The translations under genes and the position numbers were made by a program. A stretch of 64,000 bases of DNA from an uncultured Gemmatimonadales bacterium (GTDB taxonomy: Bacteria; Gemmatimonadota; Gemmatimonadetes; Gemmatimonadales; GWC2-71-9). Positions 60,605-64,000 of this stretch are shown one piece after another. The stretch is taken from positions 64,001-128,000 of the forward strand of contig CAVVKJ010000005.1 of assembly GCA_963748815.1 (NCBI GenBank), written 5' to 3'. Each line of letters starts with the position of its first letter. Positions within the stretch are counted from its first letter, which is position 1. A model generated the notes under the pieces. That model saw only the letters and a program-made list of their open reading frames with translations. It had not been told where the DNA came from and made no database searches.

Positions 60605-61965
60605 GGGGCGCCTCCTGGCGCGGAAGTGTCAGGCGCGTCGGCAGTCACGACGATCGGGTGCGCGGTCACCATCTCGAGTTCGGCGAGCGCCTGCCCCTGC
60701 GCGGCGTCGAGGCGGATGACCTGGATGCGGTAGCCGTACACCGTCGTGAATGCGTCGAGAAAGGTCATGAAGTCCACGCTTCCCACCTGGTAGGCGGCGC
60801 GGGCGGCGTGGAGCGTCGCGTCCGCCTGCGGCAGGAGCGTTCGGGCGTAGATGGCACGGAGGGCACGGGTCCGCTCGAGTTCGGCGACGAGCTCGGCGAC
60901 CCGGCCCCGGGTGTCGGCCTGCATGGCCTTGAGGTCCTCGGCGGCCATCTGACGCATCGCGGCCGTCTCATCCCGCATCTTCATTTGGCGGCTTCCCGCC
61001 CAGAGCGGCACGGAGGCCCCGAGCATGAAACTCATCATCTGGCCGGTACCGCCGTCCGCCATCGGCTGCCATCCGTAGGCCACCCCGAACTCGAGGTCCG
61101 GCCAGATGTCGCGCCGGGCGAGCTGTTCCGCGGCGGTGGCGGCGCGCACCTGCTCGGCCCCGGCTTGCAGCATCCCCCGGGACCCCATCGCCTCATGGAT
61201 CAACGAATCGGTCAACGGGATGCTGTCGGGAAACCGGGGCAGCACCGGACTGCCGGTCGCTGTGTCCGGCGGGCGATCCAGCGCCGTGTTGAGTCGGGTG
61301 GCCATGGTCCGGCGCATCGCCTCCATCTCCGCGACCTGGCCGGTCATCCGGCCGATCTCGAGTTGCGCCCGAAGGACGTCGGCCTGCTGCGCCTCTCCCA
61401 CCGCGTACATCCCGTTCACCGTCGAGGATACCGCCTCGAGCAGCTGCAGCGTCTCGCGCATGATGGTCAGCGTCCCCTCGGCCTGGTACAGGTCGTAAAA
61501 GGCCATGGCCGCCCGGGCGCGTTGCTCCCAGGTCGACTCGCCCACCCAGGCGCGTTGCGCATCCGCCCGGGCCTGCGCGACATCCTCGGCCAACCCGAGC
61601 TTGCCCGTCCCGGGGATCGGGAACATCTGGCTCAGCTGGATCTGGTTCATGCCGAGCGGCGGCTGGAGCTCGAAACCGGGAAGCTGCCGGTTCATGGTGG
61701 CCAGCTGCAGGCGGGGGTCGGGGAGGCGGCGGTTGCCGGGAACACGGGCGAGCGCGGCATCGGCCGAGGCACGAGCCGACGCGATTCGTGGATTGAGACT
61801 GTCCACCGCGCGGTAGAGCGCGTCGATGGTCAGTGAATCAGCGGCGGTCTGACCCCTGAGTGGGAGCGCCAGCGAGAAGCTGACGAGAACGATCGGGAGG
61901 AAGCGTCGCAGGGCGTGACCCGGCCATGCGAAGCGAAACCCCGGGAAGGGCAATCGCGTGTTCAT
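60601..61965 (-). CDS. TolC-family outer-membrane protein of the cus-like operon
   Basis: Signal peptide; LPDP, SQMFP..GK, DVLRAQLE and AYQVGSVDF motifs. Confidence 0.85.
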   Translation of the reverse strand: MNTRLPFPGFRFAWPGHALRRFLPIVLVSFSLALPLRGQTAADSLTIDALYRAVDSLNPRIASARASADAALARVPGNRRLPDPRLQLATMNRQLPGFELQPPLGMNQIQLSQMFPIPGTGKLGLAEDVAQARADAQRAWVGESTWEQRARAAMAFYDLYQAEGTLTIMRETLQLLEAVSSTVNGMYAVGEAQQADVLRAQLEIGRMTGQVAEMEAMRRTMATRLNTALDRPPDTATGSPVLPRFPDSIPLTDSLIHEAMGSRGMLQAGAEQVRAATAAEQLARRDIWPDLEFGVAYGWQPMADGGTGQMMSFMLGASVPLWAGSRQMKMRDETAAMRQMAAEDLKAMQADTRGRVAELVAELERTRALRAIYARTLLPQADATLHAARAAYQVGSVDFMTFLDAFTTVYGYRIQVIRLDAAQGQALAELEMVTAHPIVVTADAPDTSAPGGAP

Positions 61966-61967
61966 TT

Positions 61968-62041
61968 CCTGATCCTGGTTTGCGTGGTGCCGCGTGCGCA
62001 GGCAGCGCAGGAGGCGAAATCACCAACACATGCGGATCAGG
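61968..62041 (-). promoter_or_regulatory. Predicted RBS-sequestering structure between the leader ORF and the TolC gene
   Basis: mRNA CCUGAUCC (spans the leader UGA) is perfectly complementary to GGAUCAGG 2 nt before AUG; inner UGGUG/CACCA stem. Confidence 0.75.
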
Positions 62042-62414
62042 CGATGGGAGGGGGTGTTTCCGGGGTGGAGATGACGGAGCGGAGGTTCGGGGACTCTGGA
62101 TCGACCGCCTGGCGCGCCATCGGGGGAGCGACGACATCGGGCACGCTAAGTGACCCGAGTCCGGCCGGGGCGCACCCGGCCATGGCGAGGCAGCTCTGTG
62201 GAGAATGCCCGGGAGGGGCGTCGGGCGTGGTCGGGGTGCATGGATCCGTTGGCCCGTGGTCCATCGGGCCATCGTGGGCCATGTCACTCATGGTGCTCGC
62301 GCCGGCGGGCGCCGCACCGTGATGATCGCCGGCGCACATCGGCTGCGCCCCGAGGGCGGCGAACTGCACCGCCATCAGGGTCATCAGGCCGGAGACCAAT
62401 CTGCGTCTGATCAT
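62037..62414 (-). CDS. Exported His/Met/Cys-rich leader protein with a Pro-rich C-terminus (CutF-like putative arrest peptide)
   Basis: Signal peptide, MCAGDHH..MSDMAHDGPMDH..C..CLAMAGC, ends PETPPPIA*. Confidence 0.7.
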   Translation of the reverse strand: MIRRRLVSGLMTLMAVQFAALGAQPMCAGDHHGAAPAGASTMSDMAHDGPMDHGPTDPCTPTTPDAPPGHSPQSCLAMAGCAPAGLGSLSVPDVVAPPMARQAVDPESPNLRSVISTPETPPPIA

Positions 62415-62438
62415 AGGTGCAAGGTATGCTGCGGTACC

Positions 62439-62466
62439 GTGAAGTGCCAGTGAAGCGCGGATGAAA
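62439..62466 (-). promoter_or_regulatory. Three direct repeats with 11-bp period upstream of the cus leader
   Basis: GTGAAG (62439), GTGAAG (62450), ATGAAA (62461); -10-like TACCTT lies 6 nt before the ATG. Confidence 0.5.
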
Positions 62467-62485
62467 CGATTCATGGACTAATCAC

Positions 62486-62511
62486 TGGACCCCGGCTTTC
62501 GCCGGGGTGAC
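62486..62511. repeat. REP copy 3
   Basis: Identical to the 26-mer at 3087 and 25092. Confidence 0.85.
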
Positions 62512-62529
62512 GACCTTGTCACATTCCTG

Positions 62530-62575
62530 CCCCGCTTCCCCGCTTCCCCGCTTCCCCGCTTCCCCGCTTCCCCGC
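62530..62575. repeat. Octamer tandem repeat (CCCCGCTT) x5.75
   Basis: Perfect tandem copies ending at the rhomboid TAG stop codon. Confidence 0.9.
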
Positions 62576-63332
62576 CTACCGCTTGCTGAACCGCTCCAGG
62601 AACTCCTTCTCGCCGTCCGTCAGCCGCGCCACCCCTTCCTGCTGCAGCTTCGCCATGACCCGGTCGAGCTCCTCGAGGTTGACGGGGTGCAGCCCCTCCC
62701 GCTGGATGTGGGACCACCGGGCGACCGCGGCCGAGGATGAGAGCGACGGGGCCGCGACGGTGGCCTGCGCCTGGAACCGTCGCGCCCCGCTGGTCCGTTC
62801 CATCACTTTCAGGTAGATCCACGCGCCCGGCCATGCCGCCGAGGTGCGCGAAGTGGGCGATGCCGTCGCCCGCGCCGCCGAAGCCGGACACCAGTGACAT
62901 GACCGTGAGCGCGACGACCAGCCAGCGGACCTCGACCGGCAGCACCCCCCAGATGTGGACCACTTCGCGGGGCCAGTAGTACGCGAAGGCGAACATCACC
63001 CCGTACACTGCGCCTGAGGCGCCGATGACGCCGATCGCGGGGCTGGTGAACGACAACAATCCCCCCATGACGCCGCTCGCGAAGTACAGGCCGAGAAAGC
63101 GCCGACCGCCCAGCCGCGCCTCAAGCCGCGGCCCAAAGAAGAAGAGCGCGAACATGTTGAAGAAGATGTGCCCGAGTCCACCGTGCAGGAACATGTAGGT
63201 GACGATGGTCCACGGCCGGACGAGGAAGAGCGCCGGCACGAACATCAGCGCATCGCCCAGCGGACGGACGACGATCGTCAGGCCGTACATCAGGACGTTC
63301 AGGAAGATCAGGCGGGCGACCCAGGGTGTCAT
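62576..63332 (-). CDS. Rhomboid intramembrane serine protease, +1 frameshift near 62828
   Basis: HIFFNM, GASG and AHFAHLGG motifs; the C-terminal tail (ELDRVMAKLQQEG...LT..EKEFL) is in the next frame. Confidence 0.88.
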
Positions 63333-63406
63333 GCAGCCTCAGGGAATGGCCGGCGCGGCGCGCCGGCGGACCCGGGAAGGTATGTCGGGGTCGCGGATAG
63401 ACGAAC

Positions 63407-63430
63407 GCCCCGGACCGGTTGGCCCGGGGC
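63407..63430 (-). terminator. Probable terminator hairpin
   Basis: Minus strand GCCCCGGGCC-AACC-GGTCCGGGGC followed by GTTCGT. Confidence 0.5.
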
Positions 63431-63446
63431 AGGAGGGCGGGATGCG

Positions 63447-63926
63447 CTACTTCGACGGCGCAGGCGGCGCGTTGTCGCTGTTCCAGATGTCGTACTTCAT
63501 CAGCCAGGTGCCGTTCACCTTGGTCCACATGGCCATGTACTTGCCGTTGTCGTTGTACACCCCGCCGTTCGGCGTCGGGATGCTGAGCGCCCAGGTCCCG
63601 ACGTCGACCGCCTGGTCGCCGGAGGCGGCGATCACGATTTCCACTGGAGTCACGCTCATCGTGATGCCCAGCTGCTCCAGCCCGCTGAAGTAAGCGTTGA
63701 GGTCGTCGGGGCCGGTCATGCGTTCCTGGTTCGGCGCCAGGAGCACGGCATCCGGGGCGTAGGTCGCGACGATGGCCGCCTCGTCGTAGGCCTGGACTCC
63801 GGCGTTGAACTTCACGACCTGGGCCAGGATCGCCTCCTCCTCGGCCGCCAGGTCGACCGCGGGTGCGGCTGGCTGGCAGGCAGTGAGGGCGGCCACGAAC
63901 GAGACAGCGGAAACGAGACGGCGCAT
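63447..63926 (-). CDS. NTF2/SnoaL-like (DUF4440-type) lipoprotein
   Basis: LTAC lipobox; YAPDAVLLAPN, ASGDQAVDVG and GKYMAMWTKVNGTW..DIWNSD motifs. Confidence 0.8.
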   Translation of the reverse strand: MRRLVSAVSFVAALTACQPAAPAVDLAAEEEAILAQVVKFNAGVQAYDEAAIVATYAPDAVLLAPNQERMTGPDDLNAYFSGLEQLGITMSVTPVEIVIAASGDQAVDVGTWALSIPTPNGGVYNDNGKYMAMWTKVNGTWLMKYDIWNSDNAPPAPSK

Positions 63927-64000
63927 GCGGGCTCCGAGAGGGAAAGTGAAGGAGAGATTATGCACTGTCCGGAGCCCCTTGACCACCCCCCCGGCGGCTT

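Noticed and set aside
53890..62480. cus-copA block as a bounded mobile island
   Set aside because: Codon usage looks slightly less GC-biased by eye, but I found no integrase, transposase, tRNA target or flanking direct repeats
62486..62575. REP and octamer repeats as a CRISPR array
   Set aside because: No repeat-spacer periodicity and no cas genes

Overview
GC-rich (about 70%) bacterial chromosomal window. Gene content suggests Gemmatimonadota, which is inference only. It holds: a LOG/deoxyhypusine-synthase-like/MFS cluster; copZ-copA-csoR with a clear promoter/operator; a tandem-GAF protein; a kdp operon with an extra upstream micropeptide and an embedded porin; a metal uptake operon (porin, binding protein, permease, no ATPase); mazEF; an HcrCAB/XDH-family molybdoenzyme; an RND pump coupled to an Omp85-family gene; an octaheme-TPR cytochrome; udk; a GAF histidine kinase; an EF-G paralog; a sigma54-driven lipoprotein/bEBP/lipoprotein/TPR operon; and a cusCBA-copA-like operon. 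The best leads are four. (1) Two separate metal operons each start with a small exported His/Cys-rich leader ORF ending in a Pro-rich putative arrest motif (RAPPA; PETPPPIA). In both, the sequence at the leader stop codon can pair with the ribosome-binding site of the next gene. (2) A ~285-bp non-coding insert inside the molybdoenzyme operon is made of two mutually similar ~105-nt rod hairpins in inverted orientation. (3) CGTC-type REP copies occur, one in-frame inside a gene, and G-rich octamer arrays abut TAG stop codons. (4) The sigma54 module uses a pseudo-receiver activator. At least eight +1 frameshifts in six genes look like assembly errors. I saw no CRISPR array, tRNA, rRNA or transposase.
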